Shown here: positions 47,084 to 56,344 of the stretch, in pieces
Numbering within the stretch: position 1 is the stretch's first letter
Layout: each line of letters begins with the position of its first letter
DNA from: an uncultured Clostridia bacterium
GTDB lineage: Bacteria > Bacillota > Clostridia > Christensenellales > CAG-917
NCBI GenBank assembly: GCA_937885645.1
Contig: CALABJ010000018.1
Span: 72,203-136,202 of the forward strand
Direction of reading: 5' to 3'
Length of the DNA: 64,000 bases
The notes under the pieces: model-generated
Seen by the model: the letters and a program-made list of their open reading frames with translations, nothing else
The model's database searches: none
Told to the model about the DNA's origin: nothing
Made by a program: the position numbers and the translations under genes

Positions 47084-47896
47084 ATGGCAAAGTCAACTGC
47101 AAGAAACAAAATGGGAAGGACAAAACTGATTGCACTCTTGGCACTCATGCTTGCTCTCACCATAATTTTCTGCTTCGTGCCCATCCAGTTTGGCCCGATA
47201 ACTTTGGCATTGATGATATTGCCCACCCTTATCCTTGCCCAAGTTTGTGACTTCAAGATTTCCTTGTTTATGGGTCTTATGATGGGGCTCATCAACTATA
47301 TTGCATGGTTCACAACAAAAGCCGCAAGCCCCATTGCACCTATCTTCCAAAATCCTTTGGTGTGCATTCTGCCTAGAGTGCTCATTGCAGTGGTGGCATA
47401 TTGGTCTCGTATAGGTCTTGAAAAACTCCTCCTTGAAAAGTGGCTAGGCATCAACTTGAAACCTGAAAAAGTAGTTGTAGAAGAGGATGACGAAGAGGAA
47501 GCACAACTTGACGGAATTGCCGATGTTATGACCGATGAGGTGACAGAGGATATCGCACCTCAAGAGAAAATCACCGCAACTGATGACGTCATCGTAGATG
47601 ACGAAGTTGAGGAAAATGAACTCACCGACAAGGAAAAGAAAGCCAAAAAGGCAAAGGAAATTGCCGTAAGACAAGTGGTTCACTTGGTGTCAACCGCTCT
47701 CGGTGTCATCACCAACACCGTGTTTGTGGCAATCTTCACCCTGATCTTCTTCAACAACACCTCTCTTGGCAACACAATCATCAACGTGGAATATATCCTT
47801 GCTTGGTTCAGTTTGAACTTTGGCATAGAGGTTGTGGCATTCAGCCTTATCACACCGCCTATCGCCACTGCAATCCGTGCTGCAAAACTGGTTTAG
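47084..47896 (+). CDS. ECF-transporter S-component-like membrane protein with a long acidic insertion
   Basis: The TM pattern and sequence (FVPIQFGPITLALMILPTLILAQ...) resemble ECF substrate-capture subunits. Residues ~111-196 are an E/D-rich insert (VVVEEDDEEEAQLDG...DDEVEENELTDKEKKAKKAK). Confidence 0.5.
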   Translation: MAKSTARNKMGRTKLIALLALMLALTIIFCFVPIQFGPITLALMILPTLILAQVCDFKISLFMGLMMGLINYIAWFTTKAASPIAPIFQNPLVCILPRVLIAVVAYWSRIGLEKLLLEKWLGINLKPEKVVVEEDDEEEAQLDGIADVMTDEVTEDIAPQEKITATDDVIVDDEVEENELTDKEKKAKKAKEIAVRQVVHLVSTALGVITNTVFVAIFTLIFFNNTSLGNTIINVEYILAWFSLNFGIEVVAFSLITPPIATAIRAAKLV

Positions 47897-47966
47897 TTGA
47901 CAGAATAATGCAACGATGATACAATGAAAATGGTATGCAAAGCATATCATTTTTTTTGGAGAAATT

Positions 47967-48602
47967 ATGCCCTGGATAGTCCAAAGTTTGCTCATATCCG
48001 TGTCCTTGTCAATGGACGCATTTGCAGTCAGTTTGTCAAACGGCTTGACCGCAAAAAAGATGCCTGTGAAATATATGATTCTCACAGCCCTTTCCTTTGG
48101 ACTTTTTCAAGGAATTATGCCCCTCATAGGCTATCTTCTAGGCAGTCTATTTGAAAAGTGGATTGAGGTGGCAGTGCCCATAATCGGCTTCTGCATCCTG
48201 TTCCTTTTGGGCGCAAAAATGATATTTGATTCCGTCCGCGACATAATGAAGGAAAAGAAGGCAAAAGAGAAGGAAACCGACAATCTATCCTGCCCGAATT
48301 GCCTTGACAATAAAGAGGAAAAGCCCTACAAGTTTGGGGTGAAAACCCTCATTATTCAGTCTGTGGCGACCTCAATTGATGCTCTCACCGTTGGGCTTGT
48401 CTATATAGGCAAATCACCTCTTGAAACCTATGTCACCTTTGCGCTTATTGCAGTGATAACATTCGGCATTTGCGTAGGCGGAGTATTCATCGGTCAAAAG
48501 TTTGGAGACAAGCTGAAATCAAAGTCCGGGATACTTGGCGGACTTATCCTCATAGCAATCGGTCTTAAACTGCTCATTGAGTTTTTGATTGAAAGATTTT
48601 AG
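47967..48602 (+). CDS. mntP: Manganese efflux pump MntP family
   Basis: Two DUF204-like halves (SVSLSMDAFAVSLSNG and QSVATSIDALTVG). The central loop has a KEKKAKEKETDNLSCPNCLDNKEE insert. Confidence 0.8.
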   Translation: MPWIVQSLLISVSLSMDAFAVSLSNGLTAKKMPVKYMILTALSFGLFQGIMPLIGYLLGSLFEKWIEVAVPIIGFCILFLLGAKMIFDSVRDIMKEKKAKEKETDNLSCPNCLDNKEEKPYKFGVKTLIIQSVATSIDALTVGLVYIGKSPLETYVTFALIAVITFGICVGGVFIGQKFGDKLKSKSGILGGLILIAIGLKLLIEFLIERF

Positions 48603-48746
48603 GCGGTTCGAAATTGAAAAACTCTTTTGTTTAACAACGTCACACGTCAAAATTGTCGTCGCCAAGACCACAACAATAGCTAGACAGCAAGCAAGATGTG
48701 TCTATTGAGCACATTGCAACAACAAAAACAACAAAAAACGCCAATT

Positions 48747-48776
48747 CAAAAAGCACTGTGATAGTGCTTTTTGTTT
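48747..48776 (+). terminator. Terminator downstream of mntP
   Basis: agcact-gtgat-agtgct stem followed by a T-run. Confidence 0.5.
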
Positions 48777-48856
48777 TATTTTTATTATTTTTATGGCATT
48801 TTCTGCGGTTTTTGCAAGTTTTTTCATCTCAAACGGACACAAATCAAAATTGGGTA

Positions 48857-48885
48857 TTGTGAAATTGGCGGTTTTAGTGTATAAT
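48857..48885 (+). promoter_or_regulatory. Putative promoter of the nucleoside cluster
   Basis: TTGTGA, 17-nt spacer, TATAAT (48880-48885). About 40 nt upstream of the pdp ATG. Confidence 0.45.
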
Positions 48886-48924
48886 GTATTGGCTAAAAGC
48901 CAATATCCCTTTTGGAGGAATATT

Positions 48925-50226
48925 ATGAGAATGTACGACATTATCAAAAAGAAGCGTGACGGCGGTGAATTGACCCCCAAGGAAATTCACTTTTTCGTGG
49001 ATGGATACGTCAAGGGTGAAATCCCCGATTATCAAGCCTCCGCTTTTTTGATGGCAGTTTACTACAAGGGTATGACAATAAACGAAACCCGTGAGCTGAC
49101 TTTTGCAGTTCGTGACAGCGGTGTCACCCTTGACTTTTCAGTGATAGACGGCATCCGTGTTGACAAGCACTCAACTGGCGGTGTTGGTGACAAAACAAGC
49201 CTTGTCGTTGCACCTATCGTTGCTTCCCTTGGTGTCAAAGTTGCAAAGATGAGCGGTAGAGGCCTGGGTCACACCGGTGGCACAATAGACAAACTGGAGT
49301 CAATCCCCGGCTTCAAAACCGACCTTAGTGAAGAGGAATTCATCTCAATCGTCAACGACTTGGGTGTGGCAATCGTAGGTCAATCTCACGAACTTGCTCC
49401 CGCAGACAAAAAGTTGTACGCCCTCCGCGATGTCACTGCAACGGTGGACTGTTTGCCCCTCATAGTGTCCAGCATTATGGGCAAAAAGTTGGCGGCAGAC
49501 GATGACTGCATAGTCCTTGACGTCAAGACAGGCAGTGGCGCATTTGCAAAGACTGTTGAAGAAAGTGTCCGTCTTGCAGAGGTTATGGTGGACATCGGTA
49601 AGAGCGCCGGCAAAAAGATGCTCGCCCTCATCACTGATATGGACAGACCTCTCGGCGCAAACATAGGCAACAGCCTTGAAGTGATTGAAGCCATTGAAAC
49701 CCTCAAAGGCAACGGCCCTGAGGACTTCACCGAGGTGTGCGTGATTCTTGCCACAAATATGCTTTATCTTGCAGGCAAAGGCAGTATGGCGGAGTGCGAA
49801 GATATGGTCAAAAAGGCAATTGCAGACGGCACCGCCCTTGAAACCCTTGCCAAAATGGTCAAAGCCCAACACGGTGACGACTCAGTCATCTACAACCCCG
49901 ACCTATTTGAAAAGGCAAAATTCAGCCGTGAAGTCAAGGCGGAAAAGAGCGGATATATCGTCCGTGTTGACACCGAGGGCTACGGCATAGCATCACTTAT
50001 GCTTGGCGCAGGCAGAAACACCAAGGAAGAAGAAATTGACTACTCAGCCGGCATCACCCTGGTGAAAAAGACAGGTGACAAGGTTGAAAAGGGAGAGGTC
50101 ATTGCGGTGATGTACACCAATGACGAAGCTCGATTTGACGGCGCTGTGGCAAGATTTAATAACTCAACAACAATCAAAGATGAAAAACCTCAGGAAAGAC
50201 CTTTGGTCTTTGCTAGGGTAGAATAG
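48925..50226 (+). CDS. pdp: Pyrimidine-nucleoside (thymidine) phosphorylase
   Basis: MRMYDIIKKKRDGGELT...DKHSTGGVGDK motifs. The ATG at 48925 is preceded by GGAGGA; the tracked longer start adds an implausible hydrophobic leader. Confidence 0.9.
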   Translation: MRMYDIIKKKRDGGELTPKEIHFFVDGYVKGEIPDYQASAFLMAVYYKGMTINETRELTFAVRDSGVTLDFSVIDGIRVDKHSTGGVGDKTSLVVAPIVASLGVKVAKMSGRGLGHTGGTIDKLESIPGFKTDLSEEEFISIVNDLGVAIVGQSHELAPADKKLYALRDVTATVDCLPLIVSSIMGKKLAADDDCIVLDVKTGSGAFAKTVEESVRLAEVMVDIGKSAGKKMLALITDMDRPLGANIGNSLEVIEAIETLKGNGPEDFTEVCVILATNMLYLAGKGSMAECEDMVKKAIADGTALETLAKMVKAQHGDDSVIYNPDLFEKAKFSREVKAEKSGYIVRVDTEGYGIASLMLGAGRNTKEEEIDYSAGITLVKKTGDKVEKGEVIAVMYTNDEARFDGAVARFNNSTTIKDEKPQERPLVFARVE

Positions 50227-50233
50227 GTGAAAA

Positions 50234-50830
50234 ATGGCAAAACTTTATTTCAAGTTTGGGGCAATGGGTTGCTCCAAAACAGCACAAGCACTGATAACCA
50301 AATTCAACTATGAAGAAAGAGGGATGAAAGTCCTTCTTGTGAAGCCCTCCACCGACAATCGTGACGGCGCAACCACAGTGCGCTCACGTATCGGTCTTCA
50401 TGCAGAGGCAATCACCGTCCCCGAAAGTGTGGACCTCTATGACCTCTACAAGGACGAAAACAGCGACTGCAATGTCATCATCGTGGACGAGTGCCAATTC
50501 CTGCACCCCGACCAAGTTGACCAACTGAGCAGAGTGGTTATGGACTTTGACATCCCCGTTCTGTGCTTTGGTCTGTCCACTGACTTTCTCACCCACCTTT
50601 TCCCCGGAAGCAGACGCCTTTTTGAAATTGCAGACTCAATCCAAGAAATCAAGTCCGTTTGCAAATGCGGTGACAAAGCCACAGTCAACGCCCGCCTTGA
50701 CGACGACGGCAACGTTGTTTTCAGCGGTGACCAACTGTGCTTGGGGGGCAATGAAAGATACGTGGCAATGTGCAAAAAGTGCTGGTTGAAAGCAAGACGC
50801 GATCAAGAAGCACGTGGCATTTTCACCTAA
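50234..50830 (+). CDS. tdk: Thymidine kinase
   Basis: P-loop GAMGCSKT, VIIVDECQF, and a C-terminal zinc motif (CKCG...CKKC). Confidence 0.9.
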   Translation: MAKLYFKFGAMGCSKTAQALITKFNYEERGMKVLLVKPSTDNRDGATTVRSRIGLHAEAITVPESVDLYDLYKDENSDCNVIIVDECQFLHPDQVDQLSRVVMDFDIPVLCFGLSTDFLTHLFPGSRRLFEIADSIQEIKSVCKCGDKATVNARLDDDGNVVFSGDQLCLGGNERYVAMCKKCWLKARRDQEARGIFT

Positions 50831-50963
50831 GACCATACTGGCACAGCGTGTCAACTGGCTTGTATCTCAATGAGAAAAACAAAATAGTCAACAAAACACA
50901 GAAAGTACAACACTCACAGCAAACGACAACTTAAAATACAAAAGCAAAATCACACGGAAAGAT

Positions 50964-51584
50964 ATGGAACGCTTGATTATAGGATTTTGTGGTGGCACAG
51001 GCTCAGGCAAAACCACCCTTGCAAAAAGAGTAATTGACGCAGTAGGTGGAGACGGTGTCCTCGTCAGCATGGACTGTTACTACACCGACCACAGAGAAAT
51101 GCCCTTTGAAGAAAGAGCAAAAATCAACTACGACCACCCCAATGCATTTGACACCGACCTTCTCATCTCACATTTGAAAGATTTGAAGGCAGGCAAGAGC
51201 ATTATGCACCCCACCTATGACTTCTCAAACCACGTCCGCGGTGAAGAGTGGTTGAAGCTTGACAGCGCAAAGGTCATAGTGGTTGAAGGCATTTTGCTCT
51301 TTGAAAACCAAGACCTTGTTGATATGCTTGACATCAAAATCTTTGTGGACACAGATGCAGACGTACGCATACTTCGTCGTCTTGTCCGTGACGTCAAGGA
51401 GAGAGGCAGAAATCTTGACAGCGTAGTCAAGCAATATCTCACCACAGTCAAGCCTATGCACGAAAGATTTGTTGAGCCCTCAAAACGCCTTGCAGACGTC
51501 ATCGTTCCCGTAGGCGGACACAATGACGTGGCGTTCAATATGATAATAAACACCATCAAGAGAAAAATCGCAGAGCAGGAGTAA
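50964..51584 (+). CDS. udk: Uridine kinase
   Basis: P-loop GGTGSGKTT, INYDHPNAFD and RRLVRDVKERGR motifs. Confidence 0.9.
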   Translation: MERLIIGFCGGTGSGKTTLAKRVIDAVGGDGVLVSMDCYYTDHREMPFEERAKINYDHPNAFDTDLLISHLKDLKAGKSIMHPTYDFSNHVRGEEWLKLDSAKVIVVEGILLFENQDLVDMLDIKIFVDTDADVRILRRLVRDVKERGRNLDSVVKQYLTTVKPMHERFVEPSKRLADVIVPVGGHNDVAFNMIINTIKRKIAEQE

Positions 51585-51645
51585 TCCCCAATCGAAGCGA
51601 CGAAACAGCCGACGAAATAGACGAAATAAAAGAACAGGAAAAGTT

Positions 51646-52557
51646 ATGAAAATCAAAGTAGCCGAAGAAGTAAAAAAGGCCCTAGCCGAAGGCAAAGCCG
51701 TTGTGGCGTTGGAATCCACAATCATATCTCACGGTATGCCTTACCCTCAAAACGTAGAAACCGCATTGAGAGTTGAAGAGGAAGTGAGAAAGAGCGGCGC
51801 AGTGCCTGCAACCATTGCAATCATTGACGGCGTGCCCACAGTTGGATGCAATCGTGAAGAGATTGAAAAGCTGGGAAAGGCAGGTCTCACCGTCACCAAG
51901 GTGTCAAGAAGGGATATCCCCATCGTCATAGCAAAGGGGCTCAACGGCGCAACCACAGTTGCAAGCACAATGATTTTTGCTGAAAAGGCAGGAGTCAAGA
52001 TTTTTGCCACAGGTGGCATAGGCGGAGTGCATAGAGGGGCAGAAAAAACAATGGATATTTCCGCTGACCTTGATGAACTATCCAAGACCAACGTGACCGT
52101 TGTCTCAGCAGGTGCAAAGAGCATACTTGACCTCAATCTCACCATGGAATATCTTGAAACAAAGGGTGTTGCAGTCATAGGCTACGGCACAGATGAACTT
52201 CCTGCCTTCTTCACAAGAGAAAGCGGAATCAAGGTTGGTTATCGTATGGACACACCAAAGGAAATTGCAAAGTCAATGAAGGCAAAAGAGGATATGGGGC
52301 TTGAAGGCGCAATGCTTGTCACCAACCCTATCCCCGAAGAGTATTCAATGGACGCTAAGGTCATCGGTGAGGCAATTGACAAGGCAGTGAAAGAGGCAGA
52401 AGAAAAGGGCGTCAAGGGCAAGGACATCACCCCGTTCCTTCTTGACAAAATCCAAAAGATAACAGGAGGCGACAGCCTTGCAAGCAACATTCAACTTGTA
52501 CTCAACAACGCCCGTCTTGCATCACAAATCGCAGTTGAACTGTCAAAACTCGGCTGA
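51646..52557 (+). CDS. psuG: Pseudouridine-5'-phosphate glycosidase
   Basis: ALESTIISHGMPYPQN and GGIGGVHRG motifs (indigoidine synthase A-like family). Confidence 0.85.
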   Translation: MKIKVAEEVKKALAEGKAVVALESTIISHGMPYPQNVETALRVEEEVRKSGAVPATIAIIDGVPTVGCNREEIEKLGKAGLTVTKVSRRDIPIVIAKGLNGATTVASTMIFAEKAGVKIFATGGIGGVHRGAEKTMDISADLDELSKTNVTVVSAGAKSILDLNLTMEYLETKGVAVIGYGTDELPAFFTRESGIKVGYRMDTPKEIAKSMKAKEDMGLEGAMLVTNPIPEEYSMDAKVIGEAIDKAVKEAEEKGVKGKDITPFLLDKIQKITGGDSLASNIQLVLNNARLASQIAVELSKLG

Positions 52558-52666
52558 TAAACCCTCGATTTTGTAAACAAACAAAAAATAAACTCAGTGA
52601 AAACAACGTGGAATATGCGTGGCATATCCCACCAAAAATAGTAATAAAATTTAGGAGAAATAAATT

Positions 52667-53335
52667 ATGGACATCAAAGACATTCTCGCAAAATGCGACC
52701 ACACTTTGCTTGGTCAAACAGCAACTTGGGACGAAATCAAAGGCATCTGTGATGACGGCATCAAATATTCAACCGCATCAGTTTGCATCCCTCCCAGTTT
52801 TGTGAAAAGAGCAAAGGACTACGTAGGAGACAAGCTTGCAATCTGCACAGTCATCGGCTTCCCCAACGGCTATAACACAACTGCCTGCAAGGAGTTTGAA
52901 ACCATTGATGCACTGAAAAACGGCGCAGATGAAATTGATATGGTCATCAACATTGGTGAGCTGAAAGCAGGCAACTATGACTACGTCCTCAACGAAATCA
53001 AAACCTTGAAAAAGGCATGTGGTGACAACATCCTCAAAGTCATCATTGAAACCTGCCTCCTCACCGATGAAGAAAAGGTGAAGATGTGTCAACTTGTCAC
53101 CGAAGCCGGTGCAGACTACATCAAGACCTCAACAGGTTTTTCAAAAGCAGGCGCAACTTTCAGCGACATCGCACTCTTTGCAGCCAACATTGGAGCAGAT
53201 GTCAAGATGAAGGCCGCAGGTGGCATCTCATCAATTGAAGACGCAGAAGAATTCGTCCGCCTTGGCGCAAGCCGTCTTGGCACGTCACGCATTGTCAAAA
53301 TCGTCAAAGCACAGGACGACGGCAGTGCATATTAA
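52667..53335 (+). CDS. deoC: Deoxyribose-phosphate aldolase
   Basis: [14 protein letters not shown] and DYIKTSTGF (Schiff-base Lys) motifs. Confidence 0.9.
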   Translation: MDIKDILAKCDHTLLGQTATWDEIKGICDDGIKYSTASVCIPPSFVKRAKDYVGDKLAICTVIGFPNGYNTTACKEFETIDALKNGADEIDMVINIGELKAGNYDYVLNEIKTLKKACGDNILKVIIETCLLTDEEKVKMCQLVTEAGADYIKTSTGFSKAGATFSDIALFAANIGADVKMKAAGGISSIEDAEEFVRLGASRLGTSRIVKIVKAQDDGSAY

Positions 53336-53345
53336 GGAGGAAACT

Positions 53346-54053
53346 ATGCCTATCCCTACACCACACATCACAGCAAAAGCAGGTGACTTTGCCGATACAG
53401 TGCTTATGCCCGGCGATCCCTTGAGAGCAAAATTTATCGCAGAAAACTTCCTTGAAGACGCAGTCCTTGTCAACAACGTCCGTGGCGTCAACGGCTACAC
53501 AGGCTACTACAAGGGCAAGAGAGTTTCCGTCATGGCATCAGGCATGGGACAACCCTCAATCGGCATCTACTCATACGAACTTTTCAACTTCTACGACGTG
53601 AAGACCATCATCCGCATTGGCTCATGTGGATCATTCCACAAGGATTTGCACGCAAGAGACATCATCGTTGCAATGGGCGCATGCACCAACGGCAACTATG
53701 CAATGCAGTATAACCTCCCCGGCACTTATGCACCTATCGCAGACTTTGACCTTGTCCGTAGAGCCGCCGAACTTTGTGAAAAGGCAGGAGTCAACTACAA
53801 GGTGGGCAACATTTTCTCATCAGACATTTTCTATGACGAAGCCAACTCCGGCATGGAATGGGCAAAGATGGGTGTCCTCGGTGTTGAAATGGAGTCAGCA
53901 GCCCTTTACTGCAACGCAGCAAGAGCAGGCAAGAAAGCCCTCTGCATCTGCACCGTCAGCGACTCTTTCATCTATCCCGAAGAAAACACAACAGCGGAGG
54001 AGAGACAAAATTCCTTCACAAAGATGATGGAAATTGCTCTTGAACTTGCATGA
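53346..54053 (+). CDS. deoD: Purine nucleoside phosphorylase, DeoD type
   Basis: MPIPTPHITAKAGDFADTVLMPGDPLRAKF... and GVEMESAALY. The ATG at 53346 is preceded by AAGGAGG. The tracked longer start overlaps deoC. Confidence 0.9.
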   Translation: MPIPTPHITAKAGDFADTVLMPGDPLRAKFIAENFLEDAVLVNNVRGVNGYTGYYKGKRVSVMASGMGQPSIGIYSYELFNFYDVKTIIRIGSCGSFHKDLHARDIIVAMGACTNGNYAMQYNLPGTYAPIADFDLVRRAAELCEKAGVNYKVGNIFSSDIFYDEANSGMEWAKMGVLGVEMESAALYCNAARAGKKALCICTVSDSFIYPEENTTAEERQNSFTKMMEIALELA

Positions 54054-55213
54054 TGAAAAGAGCTTTTATTATCGTACTTGACAGTTGCGGAATAGGGGCA
54101 CTTCCTGACGCACACCTTTGGGGTGACGAAGGAAGCAACACCCTTGGCGCAATCCGCAATCACGAAAACTTCAACTGCCCAAACCTTGTCAATATGGGTC
54201 TTTTCAACGTGGAAACAGTTGGTGGGGGAGTGGCTCATCCCACCGGCAGTTTTGCTCGTCTTGGTGAACTTTCAAAGGGCAAGGACACAACCATAGGACA
54301 CTGGGAGATTGCAGGCATTGTGTCACCCACACCTCTCCCCACCTATCCCAACGGCTTCCCCAAGGAAGTGATTGAGGAGTTTGAAAGACGCACAGGCAGA
54401 AAGGCAATCTGCAATCTGCCATATTCAGGCACCGAAGTCATCAAGGACTACGGCAAAGAGCATATTGAAACAGGCGCGCTCATCGTCTATACCTCAGCGG
54501 ACAGCGTTTTCCAAATCGCAGCCCACGAGGACTACGTGCCCGTGCCCGAACTTTATAGATATTGTGAAATCGCAAGAGACCTTCTCCAAGGTGAGCACGG
54601 CGTAGGCAGAGTTATTGCCCGTCCTTTCAACGGCGAATATCCCTACACAAGGACAGCCAACCGCCACGACTATTCACTGCTCCCCGTAGGCACAACAATG
54701 CTTGACCTTCTTATGGAAAAGGGTCTTGCCACCATATCAGTGGGCAAGATATACGACATCTTTGCAGGCAAGTCAGTGAGCGAAAGCAATCGCACCACCT
54801 CAAACCACCACGGCATGGAAGTGACTCTTGACATCCAAAAGAGAGATTTTGAGGGGCTGTGCTTTGTCAACCTTGTGGACTTTGACATGAAATATGGTCA
54901 CCGCAACGACGTAGCAGGCTATGCTGCCGCCATGACAGACTTTGACAACCAACTTGGTGAATTTATGGCAAATATGCGTGAAGATGACCTTCTCATCATC
55001 ACCGCAGACCACGGCTGTGACCCCTCAACCCCCTCAACAGACCACTCCCGTGAATACGTGCCTATGCTGGTCTACGGCAATGGCGTAAAGGGCGGAGTTG
55101 ACCTTGGCACACGTGACTCATTTGCAGACGTTTCAGCCACAATCCTTGACTTCTTTGGAGTTGACAAAAAGGACACCAACGGACACAGCTTCCTTGGCGA
55201 AGTGGCAAAATAA
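54050..55213 (+). CDS. deoB: Phosphopentomutase
   Basis: IIVLDSCGIGALPDA..., NLVDFDMKYGHRND and TADHGCDP motifs. Confidence 0.9.
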   Translation: MMKRAFIIVLDSCGIGALPDAHLWGDEGSNTLGAIRNHENFNCPNLVNMGLFNVETVGGGVAHPTGSFARLGELSKGKDTTIGHWEIAGIVSPTPLPTYPNGFPKEVIEEFERRTGRKAICNLPYSGTEVIKDYGKEHIETGALIVYTSADSVFQIAAHEDYVPVPELYRYCEIARDLLQGEHGVGRVIARPFNGEYPYTRTANRHDYSLLPVGTTMLDLLMEKGLATISVGKIYDIFAGKSVSESNRTTSNHHGMEVTLDIQKRDFEGLCFVNLVDFDMKYGHRNDVAGYAAAMTDFDNQLGEFMANMREDDLLIITADHGCDPSTPSTDHSREYVPMLVYGNGVKGGVDLGTRDSFADVSATILDFFGVDKKDTNGHSFLGEVAK

Positions 55214-55259
55214 CCCCAGTTCATCTTAAAAATTTGAGTAGAGATGAAAGGAGAAAACT

Positions 55260-55661
55260 ATGAAAAAGCAACTCATTGAAACCGCAGTGAAGGCAAGAGA
55301 AATGGCTTATGCCCCCTACTCACACTACAAAGTAGGGGCGGCACTTCTTGCCAAAAGCGGAAAAATCTACACCGGTTGCAACGTTGAAAACGCATCTTTC
55401 ACCCCCACCAACTGCGCAGAAAGAACAGCCTTTTTCAAGGCGATAAGCGAGGGTGACAGAGAGTTTGAAATGATAGCAATCGTGGCAGGAAAGGACGGAG
55501 AAGAGTTGTCCAAAAACTGCACTCCTTGCGGAGTTTGCCGTCAGGTGATGACAGAGTTTTGCGACAAGGATTTCAAGATTATCCTTGGCACACCCGATGA
55601 CTTCAAGGTGTTGACTCTTGAAGAAATCATGCCTTATTCCTTCTCTGCAACTGAACTGTAA
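55260..55661 (+). CDS. cdd: Cytidine deaminase
   Basis: CAERTA and PCGVCRQ zinc-binding motifs. 133 aa. Confidence 0.9.
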   Translation: MKKQLIETAVKAREMAYAPYSHYKVGAALLAKSGKIYTGCNVENASFTPTNCAERTAFFKAISEGDREFEMIAIVAGKDGEELSKNCTPCGVCRQVMTEFCDKDFKIILGTPDDFKVLTLEEIMPYSFSATEL

Positions 55662-55735
55662 AAAATCTACTAAACAGCAGAAAGTGGTGTTTATCTTGCG
55701 TATATGACAGGATAAACATCGCTTTTGGCTTTATT

Positions 55736-55945
55736 ATGAATTATTTTGATGATGACAAAAATTTGAATAAAGACCTCTTCCGTGACGTGGATATTTGCAC
55801 TTGCGGTGCTCACACTGGGGTGTACGTATGCCGTGAAGAAGACGGGTGGTATTATCGTTGCAACGATTGCGACCTTCCAATAAAAGACAGTTTCCACCGC
55901 CACGAGCCTAGGCGCACAAGATACGTTGACGAATACGATGACTGA
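55736..55945 (+). CDS. Small hypothetical Cys-rich protein (zinc-ribbon-like)
   Basis: 69 aa with CTCG...C...CNDC spacing and an acidic N- and C-terminus. No family recognised. Confidence 0.35.
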   Translation: MNYFDDDKNLNKDLFRDVDICTCGAHTGVYVCREEDGWYYRCNDCDLPIKDSFHRHEPRRTRYVDEYDD

Positions 55946-55998
55946 ATAGAACCTTTCCTTTTGCACACAATAGTGTCAAAACCAAAAAGGAGGTTTCT

Positions 55999-56241
55999 AT
56001 GGACAACGAAAAAATCTTGCTGAAAAAAGTGGCAGAACTTTCAAACATCAATATGATGATTCTTGCACTTCTCGTTGCAGTCATCGCACTGTCAGTGGGC
56101 CTTGCGTTTTTCTTCCTAGTGCCCGGCTCAGTTGGATACGGCATCGGCGTGGCAATGTTTATTGTGGCAGGTCTTATCTTCGTCATCGGTGAAATGACCT
56201 ATCTTGTCAAGATGAGCAAAATCAGACGACAAGAAGACTAA
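55999..56241 (+). CDS. Small hypothetical membrane protein
   Basis: 80 aa with two hydrophobic helices. GGAGG-like aaaggagg lies upstream of the ATG. Confidence 0.45.
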   Translation: MDNEKILLKKVAELSNINMMILALLVAVIALSVGLAFFFLVPGSVGYGIGVAMFIVAGLIFVIGEMTYLVKMSKIRRQED

Positions 56242-56302
56242 CAAATTTTTGAGGGAAGAAAATAAACCTTAACCCTCAACCCAAAAAAGACCAAAACAAA
56301 AA

Positions 56303-56326
56303 ACCGAGCACACCGCTCGGTTTTTT
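56303..56326. terminator. Bidirectional terminator between convergent genes
   Basis: A-run, then accgagc-acacc-gctcggt, then a T-run. Confidence 0.6.
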
Positions 56327-56344
56327 CATTGTGATTTGATAGGA

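Noticed and set aside
47897-47966. yybP-ykoY (Mn) riboswitch upstream of mntP
   Set aside because: The intergenic leader is only ~70 nt. I could not see the conserved four-way-junction sequence blocks, and it is too short for the known riboswitch.
49345-49872. 175-aa minus-strand ORF inside pdp; likewise 61021-61512(-) inside the oxidoreductase genes and 47690-48085(-) across the ECF-S/mntP boundary
   Set aside because: Antisense to or straddling strongly supported genes, with no independent signals.
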